From the NCBI RefSeq assembly GCF_000142905.1, contig NW_013657670.1, positions 87,498-151,497 of the forward strand: a DNA stretch of 64,000 bases, given 5' to 3'. A model generated the notes under the pieces. That model made no database searches. It was not told the DNA's origin and saw nothing but the letters and a program-made list of their open reading frames with translations. Positions 44,001 to 54,413 of the stretch are shown in pieces (the first letter of the stretch is position 1; every line of letters starts with the position of its first letter). This DNA comes from Thecamonas trahens ATCC 50062 (taxonomy: Eukaryota > Protista > Apusomonadida). Both the position numbers and the translations under genes were made by a program.

Positions 44001-45101
44001 CTCCTTCTCGAGGCGTACCTCCGCGGCTGCGGCCGCCACCGCGACGAGCTTATCAAGCAGAACGACCTGCTTGTCCAGCTCGTCCGTGCTGCCGAGGCCA
44101 TCAAGGAGGTCAAGGGCCCGATGCGCATGGACGTGCTCCAGGACCACCTCCGGCGCATGACCTTTGGCGACGGACGTGTCCAGATCCTGCTCAACCCCAA
44201 GTGGTCAGTCTCGGGCCTCAAGCTCGACAAGTGCAAGTACATGGACTCGAAGAAGCTCCCGCTCTGGCTTGTGTTTGAGAACGAGGACGAGTCGGGCGAC
44301 GACCTGTACGTCATATTCAAGGCCGGCGACGATCTCCGCCAGGACAAGCTCACGCTGCAGCTGTTCTCCATCATGGACAAGGTGTGGGAGAACGACGGCC
44401 TGCCCGTCCGTCTTGAGCCGTACTCGTGCATGGCGACGGGCCCGTCGCTCGGCATGATCCAAGTCGTGCGCTGGTCGAACACCATTGCCAACATCCAGCA
44501 GGACTACGGTGGATCCGCGGCAGCGTTCAAGGACGAGCCGCTCGCCGAATGGCTCAAGGGCAAGTGCAAGGACGAGGCCGCATACGCCGAGGCCGTCAAG
44601 ACCTTTACCATCTCGTGTGCCGCATACTGCGTTGCCACCTACGTCCTCGGCATCGGCGACCGCCACAACGACAACATCATGCTCTCGGAAAAGGGCCGGC
44701 TCTTCCACATCGACTTTGGCCACTTTCTGGGCAACATCAAGCGCAAGCTTGGCATCAAGCGCGAGCGCGCTCCGTTTGTCTTTACCCCCGACATGGTCTA
44801 CGTCATGGGCGGCAAGGAGTCGCCGCACTTTGCCGAGTTTGTCGAGGTCGCCTGCGACGCTTTTGTCTCGCTCCGCCGCAAGGCCAACCTCATCATCAAC
44901 CTCATGATGCTCATGGTCTCCACCGGCATCCCCGAGCTCCGCTCCATCTCGGACCTCGCCCACCTCCGCACCTCGCTCGCGCTTGACGCCGAGTCCGAGG
45001 CTGCAGCCCGCGAGGAGTTCCGTGGTCTCATCTTCCAGTCGCTCCAGAAGGGCTGGGCGACCATGATGAACTTTTTCTTCCACAACCTCAAGCACAAGTA
45101 G
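41032..45101 (+). CDS. Class I-type phosphatidylinositol 3-kinase catalytic subunit; exons 41032-41060, 41144-41216 and 41577-45101
   Basis: ABD-like region plus linker IGSLIG..DEVSSFR, RBD, C2, helical domain (QLVQVLKYE) and kinase (MDSKKLPLWL, DDLRQD, DRHNDN, HIDFG, KRERAPF). Two phase-compatible introns, one with ACTAAC at 41121. Confidence 0.92.
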
Positions 45102-45248
45102 AGCCTCGCCAGCTCACCGGCATCCTTTTTCATCTCATTGCATCCATTACACACTCACTCTCTTGCACACACTCTCTCTCGCTTCGCTGGTGGCGTCACT
45201 CGCCTTTTTGTTGCTGGCTCCCACACGCAGGCTGGGCGGCGGCGGGCT

Positions 45249-46084
45249 TCAGAAGGCACCGACCGGGTGCTGGGTGATGAACTTGCGCATGGGCGAGAGA
45301 CGGCGAGTGAGCTTGGATGGGAAGCGCGAGATGGCGTCGCGGACGTCATAGGCCATGTCGCGAATGGTCTCCTTGAGCTCGTCAGAGAGCTGCGGCACGT
45401 CCTGGCCCTCGGTCACGTCCTTGATCTCGTCAAACATGCCCTCGATGCGCTTCTTGAACCGCGAGCCCTTCATGCCCGCCTGGACAAAGAGCGAGTAGAG
45501 GAGCGCAATCTGGTGGGCGTAGTACTTGTGGTTGGGCAGGATGAGGTCGGCCTCTAGCTGGTCGGCAAGCGTCACGATCTGGTGGAGGAGGGCCATGTGC
45601 GGAAAGTAGTCGCGCATGTGGCGGTCCTCAGAGTCCGGCAGCGGAAGACCGAGACGGTCGGCCACGATGGGATACATGACATCAAGGCCGTGATGGGCCA
45701 TATACGAGCCCAGATCCAGTTCGGGCTCTGCACACGCTGCCACGCTGTGCATGCGATCGATCACCTCGTTGACCAGAGCCGAGCCATCGTCCCACACATG
45801 CCGTCCATAGTCGGTTCCTGCCGCCTCCAGCTCGGCATCAAGCAGGACATGCAGCTCTGCGCAGAGCGCTGCCATCTCGTACGGCACCAGCGCAAGCGGC
45901 GTCCCAAACAGCGGTTCGTCCAGCATGGGTCGTGCTGCGCGGAGAGGTAGGGAGGCGTGAGTGTTGGGGAGGGGAGGGGAGGGGAGGGGAGGGGGGAGGG
46001 GAGGGGGTGCGTACCGTAGTAGTCGTGGGTGGCGGTGAGGAAGGACGAGGCCTGGGCCAGGGGTGGAGAGGTGAGCCAGGCCAT
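45249..46084 (-). CDS. Hypothetical alpha-helical protein; exons 46084-46015 and 45934-45249
   Basis: Strong GC3 codon bias and a phase-compatible GTACGC...GCAG intron. No family recognised. Confidence 0.65.
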
Positions 46085-46288
46085 TGGGTGGGTGGATGGG
46101 AGGGGGGAGGGGAGGGGGGGCGGGGGTGAAGTGGTACGGGGCTGTTGGGGTGGGGGGGGAGGGCGAGGGGGGGACGGTGACACGGGCTGTGTCGGGCTGT
46201 GTCAGTCGGTTGGTCGGTGAGGGGACTAAGGGCTTTTGTGCATGCAAGTGCCGGGAGTAGGGGAGTGGGAGGGAAGGGGAGGGGGGGG

Positions 46289-47248
46289 TTATGAAGATGG
46301 TGTGTCAGGAGCGTCATCGGTGGCAGCATCAGTGGCGACATCAGCGTCGGCACGGGTGGCTGGAGCATCGGCATCGGCATCGGCAGGGAGCGGCCGGCGA
46401 AGAACGGCTTGGAACCAGACACGGTTCATCGACTTGCCCTCCTTGTGGTTGACAACATTGCGGAGAACGTAGGCGGCGCGATCAACGATCAAGCCTGCAG
46501 CATGGGCAAGGAGCTCGATCTCGTCGAGGCTAAAGTAGTAGGCGCGGGTGCCGTCGGCGCGGACGTAAAAGTTGTCAGCAAGCTTGGCGCCCTTCTTGAA
46601 CCGGAGCTGGGCAAGGTCGTAGCGGCCATAGTCACGCATGAGAATGAGTCCACCAGGACGGATGGCGCGCGCCATCTTAGCCATGACATCCGGGTGGTGC
46701 TCGGGTGCGATGGCCGAGAGGACAAAGATCATGGTGAGGCAGTCGACGGGAGCGCCAAAGGTTTCGTCGACAATGGCGACAATGTCGTCGTGGACAAGGT
46801 CGGCAACGGCAGCATGGACGCGCGGGCTCCGATCGGCAGTGTGCTCGGCCACATACGTCGGATGCTCGCGGACCATAGCGATGGCACGCTTCGCAAAGTC
46901 GATGCCGAGAATCTCCAGGCCTGGCACCTCATCAAGGAGCGGGAAGATGGTATTGCCCACGCCGCAGCCGACCTCGAGAAGGCGCAGCGAGCCATCGCCG
47001 GCAGCCAGGGCCGGAAACTCGGCCTTGAGCCAGTGACGATCCTTGTAAAACTTGTTTGTGTTGCGCTTGTAGAAGATGTCCCAATTCCGCGCTGCCTCCT
47101 TCTCGTACTTGGCCACCCAGAACGCCGGCGCCGTCTCCGAGTGCGCCTTGCCCGCCAGCACCTCCTCCGCATACGCCACATACTCGACCGGTAGTGTCTC
47201 TCGCTCCCCGTCTTCAAACGTTGTCTCGGGCGAAGGAAGCACAGACAT
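46289..47248 (-). CDS. tRNA N3-methylcytidine methyltransferase (METTL2/METTL6/Trm140 family)
   Basis: NWDIFYKRNTNKFYKDRHWL, LLEVGCGVGN, IFVLSAI, RDYGRYDLAQLRFK, YVRADGTRAYYF, MNRVWFQ. Confidence 0.93.
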   Translation of the reverse strand: MSVLPSPETTFEDGERETLPVEYVAYAEEVLAGKAHSETAPAFWVAKYEKEAARNWDIFYKRNTNKFYKDRHWLKAEFPALAAGDGSLRLLEVGCGVGNTIFPLLDEVPGLEILGIDFAKRAIAMVREHPTYVAEHTADRSPRVHAAVADLVHDDIVAIVDETFGAPVDCLTMIFVLSAIAPEHHPDVMAKMARAIRPGGLILMRDYGRYDLAQLRFKKGAKLADNFYVRADGTRAYYFSLDEIELLAHAAGLIVDRAAYVLRNVVNHKEGKSMNRVWFQAVLRRPLPADADADAPATRADADVATDAATDDAPDTPSS

Positions 47249-47450
47249 GATGCCCACTACAGCGAGATGTGTCGCCGCCGGAGCCGCGAGCAGCGAGCAG
47301 CGGAGGGCGAGCAAGGGGGAGTGTGGGCAGAGACCATGGACGGTAGATCTAAGGCAGCTTGAAGTGGATAAAGTCGGATCGGAGAATGTAGAGGCAGTCT
47401 CCAGTTTGCTTTTGGGGTGACACGTCTGATCTATTCTTGTCGTAGCATCT

Positions 47451-47486
<36 letters not shown>

Positions 47487-47904
47487 ACGGGGGGGGAGGG
47501 GAGGGACAGGGGACAGTGAGCGGTGATCTCTTTGGATCACCCCTGTACCCCTTACGGTAGACAAGCCTCATCCATCCACCACATCCATCCATCCATCCAC
47601 CCTCCATCCATCACCATCACCCTTCGGTACCATTCCTTACCACCACACATTGCATGCTTCTCCACTCACTCTATCCATCTATCTATCTATCTATATATAT
47701 CTCCCCCAACCCAATCAATGTGATGCCATCAAAGTCCGTCACGGCCATGTGCCTTGCTCTCCTCCGCCAACGTGGCACTCGGCGACAGACCTGCCGAGTG
47801 ACGACACGCTCCGGTGACAGCCCCAGCCCCAGCCCCAGCCCCAGCCACACACCTCTCTCTCTCTCACTCTCTACCTCTCCCTCTCCCTCTCCCTCTCTCC
47901 ACTC

Positions 47905-50900
47905 ATGGCGGTGACCGAGAGCAGGAGAGAGTCACCGCTATCCCGGCTGCTTGCGGCCGAGACAAGGGAGGCTGTGGCGGGTGTGGTGGCAGGGCTCAAG
48001 CGGAAGCCTCTGGGCCATCCTCCTCGTAGGTGTGCTGGCTGTGGTGTGGGCTTTGGTCTGTTGCGATGGCGCCGTCATTGTCCGCTCTGTGCTCGCATTC
48101 TCTGTGCGGCATGTCTTTCTTCCCGTTGCGAGCTGCTGCTGCCTCTCTCTTTGCCGCCTGCGGAAGCCTCTCTGCTTGCTCTGCGCATCTGCTCCACTTG
48201 CCAATCGGACCTTGCTGCTGCTCTTGCTCCGCCTGCTGAGCACTCGCCCTCATTAGCGGCTGGCGATGATGGTTGCACAAAGCCAGTTGAGAGGGTTCTG
48301 CACGTCTCATCGCCGCATGTGCCGTCGATTCTTGTTCCGTCGCCATCAGTGGCTGTCGCCCGGCGGACTCATTCCAAGTTGGAGAGCCACAGCCGAGTCG
48401 ACGATGACTACGACGATGAGACGCCGATGTTTGAGCCGTTGCTCTCTCCAAACGAGTCGCTGATGTGGGACATGGACGCATTGGGCGATGTTCTTGCGGC
48501 GTCTGCGGGCGAGCCCGACCCGCCGTTTTCACCGGCTGGCAATCCTGCCGCCGCTGCAACGCCACCGGCGAGCGCGTCGCCGATGACCCGCGCTCGCCTC
48601 CCATCAACCTCGCTCGATCTCCAAGCTCATCCAATTTCTTCCTTTGGCGCGCCGCGGCTCTCGTCGTACAAGTGGTCGTTTCTATCGCGGGCTCCGAACG
48701 CCCTGGCACACGCGCTGGTGTCCCCGGCTCCAGCGAACCCCGCGGTTGAGGAGCCCATGACGCCGACAAGCGAGGCACCGGTGGCAGTCTCAACACCGCG
48801 GACCACCCAGGTTGAGGCCGCCGTCGCACGGCTCGTAGAAGCTGCGGGCCTGGGCCAGGCGCGCGACATGGTTTTCACACTCTCAGCAGTCCTCACGTCG
48901 CGGATCGGACTCGCCGCCGGTGATCCGCGCCGCCTGCTTACCTTTGCCCGAGTCCCGCGACTGGCGTTGGCAACGCTCGACGGGAGCCTGGCCACCGACG
49001 CCGATGCTGTCATGTGGTCTGCGCACGCCGGCGCTCTCATCCACCACGACTTGCCGCACTCAGGCATGCTACCTCGACTGGATGCGCCGCGGGTGGTGGT
49101 GCTCGATGCGCCGCTCGGCTCACCCGACGCACCCGACGAGGCCGACCCTCAGGTTTCACGCTTCGTCACGGCCGCCGCGGAACTTGGCGTCTCGCTGGTT
49201 GTCCTGTCACGGTCCGCCTCCAAGTACGCACTTGAGCTTCTGATGCAGGCATCGATCACGGCACTGACGATGGTGCCTTCGGCCACGGTGGGCGCCATCG
49301 CTGCGGCGGCCGGCGCGCCACGGCTTGACGCACTAGACGCACTCACCACCGACGCTGATGTCGGGGTGGGCCTCGAGCGCTTTGCGCTGCGCTCAGTGCC
49401 TGGCGCGCCACTTGGCTCGCTCCCGCTTGCTCTCTTTGCCGCACACCGGGAGACGACTGCGGCCGCCGGCGTCGCGCTCTCTCGCGCGCTCCACACCGAG
49501 ACCGAGGGCCTTGTGAGCGACGCGGTCTACGTCCGAGTCCTGCGGAAGCGGCTGGATGCACTCAATAGAGTGATCGCGCCCGGCCTCCCGCTGGAGGTTG
49601 CATCTCCTCTGTGGGGTCTGGACACTTTGCCGGCGGCGGCGAGGGTGAGGGTGCTCGCTGCCACATATGTGCCTGCGGCAACGCTTTCCGAAGCTGCGCC
49701 ACCGTGTCTTCCACTTGATGAGCAGGAGCTACAGTTTTACGCTGAGCCACGCGGCGACGACAAGGCATGGTCGGTTGCCGGCTACGTCGCGTGGGCGCTG
49801 TCGGAAGCTGATGCAAGCTGTCCGCGGTGCGGACAGGCACTCGCAGATCACGCAACAGTGTTTGTGACTCGCTCAGCAGTCCTCACGCTCGTTCGCGGCA
49901 CTCGAACAGGCGAAGCACCGTCGCATGAGCTGCTGGTGCGACGCGAGGGCGAAGCCGAGCTGATGCCGGTGACGCCCGAGGTGGCAGGGCTCTCGTTTGC
50001 CATTTTTGTGGCTCAGCTGGCCGCTTGGGCCATGCCCACCTCGCTGGAGTTTGTTCTGGCTGGAGGCAGGATCGAGCTCGAGGTGGCTCCACTGGCGACA
50101 TACCGCGCCAAGCTACCCGGAGCTAGCGACGCACTTTCCCTCGAGGCACCGCTCGTCGACGTTATCGAGTCGTCGCGCGAGTGGGTCCGCCACGTCGGGA
50201 TTGCGCTCTACGACACCGTCTTTCTTCTGCTGGTGCACGAGGCGTGCGGCGAGAGCGCGCTCCGCAGAGTGCTTTCGGATAATGGGCCGCTCCAAGTGCC
50301 TGTGCGGCTGCTGTTTGACCGACTGGCAGCGGAACGCGAGGCGTTTGTGGCGTCGGTGAGCAATGGAGGCAGCGATGGGCAGACTGAGGTCATGCTGGCG
50401 CATCTTAACCGGCTGCGTCTGACGCTGCACGCGGCAGCGGGCGAATGGCGTGCGGCGTGTGGAGCGCTGCCTGTGGCCACGCGATGGTTCTCCATCGACG
50501 TCCCGCCGCAGCACGGTCTGCTGCTTGCCGCCGGCTTGACGCATGTGCTTGACGCACCAGGCCTGCGCGACTCGCTCGACGCGCTTGTTGAGCGGATCGA
50601 TGCCGCGGCGCTGGTGCTACTCCCCGAGTCGACGTCGGCTGGTCTGGCAGATGTGTTCCAGTCCGAGCCGTCGTCGCTCATTGCGTTTGCGCTCGGCTCG
50701 AACGCGATGGCGAGCGCGATGGCGAACGCGATGGGCTCCGCAACCACAGGCGGTGACAGCTGCCATGGGTTGGCGTTCGGGGTGACTGTTGACGGGCTCC
50801 CGGGCTGGGGCTTTAGTGTCCTCTCGCTGTTTGAGCCCGAGTTTGCAGCGCTCCGTGGACGAGCCGGAATAGATGAGAGCCTGTTCCGGGCGTCGCTCGC

Positions 50901-51714
50901 GCGATGCATGCAGTGGCAAGCACAGGGCGGCAAGTCGTCGGCGTCGTTTTGCAAGACGCTTGACGAGCGGTTTGTGCTCAAGTCGATGTCGCGGGTGGAG
51001 CTTGAGCACTTTGTGCGCATCGGGACCGAGTACTTTGCGCGGATGGCGCGAGGCGCGCCCTCATGTCTTGCGCGCATCTTTGGAGTGTATCGAGTGGCGC
51101 TGCGGACATGTGAGGCACGACCAAAGGCACACGTGGAGGCGTGGGTGGAGCCTGTGGCGGACGCACTCGGACCGAGCCTGGACGTGCTTGCCGACTCGCT
51201 GGCACAGAGCGGGATGCCAGAAGGTGCACCTGTGGCGAGCGACGAGTTTCTTGTAGTGATGGAGAACGTGCTGTTTGGGGCCTTGGGCGAGTTTGACGCA
51301 GTCTACGACCTGAAGGGCTCGCAGCGGTCGCGCGAGGCATGCACTGGCGCAACGGTGCGAATGGACGGCAACTTTGGACGCGAGCGCGCGGTGGCGCCAC
51401 TCTTCATGCCGCCCGGCCCGCGATCGGAGCTTCTGGAAGCAGCCCGAGCCGACACCGACTGGCTCGTCGAGCACAACATCATGGACTACTCGATGCTGTT
51501 GGCGGTGAGCGAGGCGACCGGAAGCCTGCATGTGGGCATCATCGACTGGCTCCGGCCGTATACCTGGGACAAAAAGGTCGAGTCACAGCTCAAGACGCGT
51601 CTCGAGGGGCTTCGGCGGGCCAAAGCCCGTGTGCCCACCGTCATCCCTCCGCCCGACTACGCCCGGCGTTTTCTTGCTGCCATCGAGTCCTATCTCCCAG
51701 CCCTGCCACCTTGA
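47905..51714 (+). CDS. FAB1: Fab1/PIKfyve-type PI3P 5-kinase (FYVE, CCT-like, Cys-rich and PIPK domains)
   Basis: FYVE-like CAGC..RRHCPLC..CAAC..ICSTC; kinase GGKSSASFCKTLDERFVLK, MENV, YDLKGS, MDYSML, GIIDWLRPYTWDKKVES, PTVIPP.DYARRF. Confidence 0.88.
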   Translation: MAVTESRRESPLSRLLAAETREAVAGVVAGLKRKPLGHPPRRCAGCGVGFGLLRWRRHCPLCARILCAACLSSRCELLLPLSLPPAEASLLALRICSTCQSDLAAALAPPAEHSPSLAAGDDGCTKPVERVLHVSSPHVPSILVPSPSVAVARRTHSKLESHSRVDDDYDDETPMFEPLLSPNESLMWDMDALGDVLAASAGEPDPPFSPAGNPAAAATPPASASPMTRARLPSTSLDLQAHPISSFGAPRLSSYKWSFLSRAPNALAHALVSPAPANPAVEEPMTPTSEAPVAVSTPRTTQVEAAVARLVEAAGLGQARDMVFTLSAVLTSRIGLAAGDPRRLLTFARVPRLALATLDGSLATDADAVMWSAHAGALIHHDLPHSGMLPRLDAPRVVVLDAPLGSPDAPDEADPQVSRFVTAAAELGVSLVVLSRSASKYALELLMQASITALTMVPSATVGAIAAAAGAPRLDALDALTTDADVGVGLERFALRSVPGAPLGSLPLALFAAHRETTAAAGVALSRALHTETEGLVSDAVYVRVLRKRLDALNRVIAPGLPLEVASPLWGLDTLPAAARVRVLAATYVPAATLSEAAPPCLPLDEQELQFYAEPRGDDKAWSVAGYVAWALSEADASCPRCGQALADHATVFVTRSAVLTLVRGTRTGEAPSHELLVRREGEAELMPVTPEVAGLSFAIFVAQLAAWAMPTSLEFVLAGGRIELEVAPLATYRAKLPGASDALSLEAPLVDVIESSREWVRHVGIALYDTVFLLLVHEACGESALRRVLSDNGPLQVPVRLLFDRLAAEREAFVASVSNGGSDGQTEVMLAHLNRLRLTLHAAAGEWRAACGALPVATRWFSIDVPPQHGLLLAAGLTHVLDAPGLRDSLDALVERIDAAALVLLPESTSAGLADVFQSEPSSLIAFALGSNAMASAMANAMGSATTGGDSCHGLAFGVTVDGLPGWGFSVLSLFEPEFAALRGRAGIDESLFRASLARCMQWQAQGGKSSASFCKTLDERFVLKSMSRVELEHFVRIGTEYFARMARGAPSCLARIFGVYRVALRTCEARPKAHVEAWVEPVADALGPSLDVLADSLAQSGMPEGAPVASDEFLVVMENVLFGALGEFDAVYDLKGSQRSREACTGATVRMDGNFGRERAVAPLFMPPGPRSELLEAARADTDWLVEHNIMDYSMLLAVSEATGSLHVGIIDWLRPYTWDKKVESQLKTRLEGLRRAKARVPTVIPPPDYARRFLAAIESYLPALPP

Positions 51715-51860
51715 GCCTCGTAAACGAGACTGCAGCACCACGGACCGACGCTGTCACAAGTCGTTCACAGCCGCCAGCCGTGACGAGAGCCGCCGCCGAC
51801 CCCCCCCCCCTCCCCCCCCCCCAACCCACACACACAGCGGCAGCCACCCCACTCACCTCC

Positions 51861-53159
51861 ATGGCGTTCTACTCGACAGAAAAGGCAGCGATTGTGCTGG
51901 ACATTGGGTGCACACATGTCCGTGTGGGCCTTGCCGGTGAGCCGTTTCCCCGGGCGACGCTGGCGTCGTCGCTGGCACTGCCTGACGGACGGGTGCTGTC
52001 ACTGGCGGTCGTCCGACCGACACACTTTCAGCGGGGATCGGATCCCGAGTGGCGGGAGGCGACTGCGCTGTGGCTGCGGAGTCTAGTAGGCGAAACGCTG
52101 CAGGTTGATCCGACTGAGCGCCGCCTGGTGGTAGCCGAGGACGTGTCGACGCCATCGCGCTTTCGCAATGCGCTGGCCCATGTTGCTCTCGCCGAGCTGG
52201 GCATGGTCTCGCTGCTGATGCATCCTGCCGGCGCGCTGGGGCTGCTGGCGCTCCGGCTGCCGACGGCTCTAGTGGTTGACGTCGGCGGAGCAGCGGCGCG
52301 GACGCTACCTGTGGTTGACTCGATGCCGCTGCTGACGGTGGCCCGCGAGTCCGATGCCGCCGGCGCGCTCATCGACGCCAACATTGGCCGGCTGCTGCGA
52401 CAGCACGCCAAGATCCGCCCGCCGTGGGCACCAGCGCACGATCTGGGCGATCTGCCGGGCGACGAGACGGATGCGTGCCTGGACGACCCTGCGTGGCGCG
52501 AGTGGGCGGGCGCGGCGTTGGGCAGCAGTGGCGGGCGCGGCGGCGACGAGCCGGGCGAGCTGCCGCGGGACGTGGTGGAGGACTTTAAGGTCAAGGCATG
52601 CTTTGTGCGACTGGGCGAGGGCGACAAGCTGGATGCCGGCGCCACGCCGCCGCCGGATACCAGTGCCGACGTGCACCTGAGCCATGGGCTGGAGACAGTG
52701 TACGACATCCAGGGCTGCGTCCGCGGCCTGGCCGCCGAGGTTCTTTTCCACAGCAATAACGCGGCGGAGATTGTGAGTCTGCCCGAGCTTGTGCTCCTCA
52801 CGCTGGTTGCGGCGCCGATGGATGTCCGCGGGACGCTCGCGCAGAACATTGTGGTCATCGGCGGCTCTGCGTCACTGCCTGGCCTGCACCGGCGGCTTGG
52901 CTTTGAGCTCGATGCGCTGGTGTCGTCGGATGGGCGATTCCGCGAGCTTGCGCCGCTTGCAGGGCGGTTTCGGTTTGTGCCGTCACCGCACGGGCCGGAC
53001 CACCTGGCATGGACGGGCGCGTCGCTTGTTGGCGCCATGACCGAGTACCTGCCACAAACCTCGATCTCGCGCGACGAGTATCTGGACGAGCCCAAGATTC
53101 CCGACTGGTCTGTGGTGGGCTCGCAGGCGGACTTTGCGCATCTCTTCCACGACCTGTGA
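51861..53159 (+). CDS. ACTR10: Actin-related protein 10 (Arp11, dynactin subunit)
   Basis: EKAAIVLDIG..VGLAGEPFP, ERRLVVAE, SRFRNALA, VVEDFKVKACFV, LAQNIVVIGG, AWTGASL, C-terminal IPDW. Confidence 0.85.
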   Translation: MAFYSTEKAAIVLDIGCTHVRVGLAGEPFPRATLASSLALPDGRVLSLAVVRPTHFQRGSDPEWREATALWLRSLVGETLQVDPTERRLVVAEDVSTPSRFRNALAHVALAELGMVSLLMHPAGALGLLALRLPTALVVDVGGAAARTLPVVDSMPLLTVARESDAAGALIDANIGRLLRQHAKIRPPWAPAHDLGDLPGDETDACLDDPAWREWAGAALGSSGGRGGDEPGELPRDVVEDFKVKACFVRLGEGDKLDAGATPPPDTSADVHLSHGLETVYDIQGCVRGLAAEVLFHSNNAAEIVSLPELVLLTLVAAPMDVRGTLAQNIVVIGGSASLPGLHRRLGFELDALVSSDGRFRELAPLAGRFRFVPSPHGPDHLAWTGASLVGAMTEYLPQTSISRDEYLDEPKIPDWSVVGSQADFAHLFHDL

Positions 53160-53206
53160 GGCGTGTGAGGCCGGGCTGAACAAAGCTGTGGATGTTACTG
53201 GCTCGT

Positions 53207-53571
53207 CTACGAGAGCAGAGCGCGCTTGAGCTTGTCGAGACCCTTGTCCATGGCGGACGACGCGGCCTTGGCAAGCTTCTTGGAGCCGCGCGGCTCGTTG
53301 CGGATGCGCTCGACAAGGATCTCGGGAGTGGTCTCGATGATGATGCCGTTGTCGACCATCTCGTCGAGCAGCAGCAGGACCGAGGTGAGGTGCTCGAGAA
53401 TGGCGAGGGCATCGACCTGGTCCTTCATGTGAATGAATAGCGTGTCATACATACCATCCAGGACCGACATGAGGATGAGCTCGTTTTCGTGCGGGGCGCC
53501 GACAACGTACATGGCCACATCCGCTGCCACCCGATACACGCACGTGTAGCCATTGAACAGCACGACCTCAG
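53207..53571 (-). CDS. COPZ: Coatomer subunit zeta, 3' part (5' exons probably in the gap)
   Basis: DVAMYVVG..HENELILMSVL...VLLLLDEMVDNGIIIET, a longin/Clat_adaptor_s pattern. Confidence 0.85.
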
Positions 53572-54301
53572 CTGCCCCCCCCCCCCCCCCCCCACCTACG
53601 AGTTCGTCCCCCAACACCGAATACACAGTGAGTCCAGCATGCCCGCCCCCTTCTTCCCCCTTCTCCGCCGGACCCCCTCCCCCTCCCTCCTTCCCCATTT
53701 CCTCCTCCCTCCCTCTTCCCTTCTTCCCTTCTTCCCCTCTCCCTCTCCCTTCCCCTCCTCCCTCTCCCTCTCCCTTCCCCTCCTCCCTCTCTCTTCCCCT
53801 CCCCCCCCCCTCCTCCTCCCCCCCCATNNNNNNNNNNNNNNNNNNNNNNNNNNNNNNNNNNNNNNNNNNNNNNNNNNNNNNNNNNNNNNNNNNNNNNNNN
53901 NNNNNNNNNNNNNNNNNNNNNNNNNNNNNNNNNNNNNNNNNNNNNNNNNNNNNNNNNNNNNNNNNNNNNNNNNNNNNNNNNNNNNNNNNNNNNNNNNNNN
54001 NNNNNNNNNNNNNNNNNNNNNNNNNNNNNNNNNNNNNNNNNNNNNNNNNNNNNNNNNNNNNNNNNNNNNNNNNNNNNNNNNNNNNNNNNNNNNNNNNNNN
54101 NNNNNNNNNNNNNNNNNNNNNNNNNNNNNNNNNNNNNNNNNNNNNNNNNNNNNNNNNNNNNNNNNNNNNNNNNNNNNNNNNNNNNNNNNNNNNNNNNNNN
54201 NNNNNNNNNNNNNNNNNNNNNNNNNGGTCAACCACCACCACCACCAACCACCACCACCACTCCCCTCAGTATCTCCCCCCCCCCCCCCCCCTCCCTCACA
54301 C

Positions 54302-54311
54302 GTCACGTCAT
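54302..54311 (+). promoter_or_regulatory. GTCACGTCAT motif, copy 3
   Basis: Exact 10-mer about 103 nt upstream of the LBP/BPI ATG at 54414. Confidence 0.4.
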
Positions 54312-54413
54312 GCGCTTCCGTCCCGTCGTTCCTTCCTTCCACCCCCTCCCCTTCCCCCTTCCCCCCCTCCTCCCTCCACACTCACCCCCCTCCCCCCCCC
54401 CCCCCCTATCACG

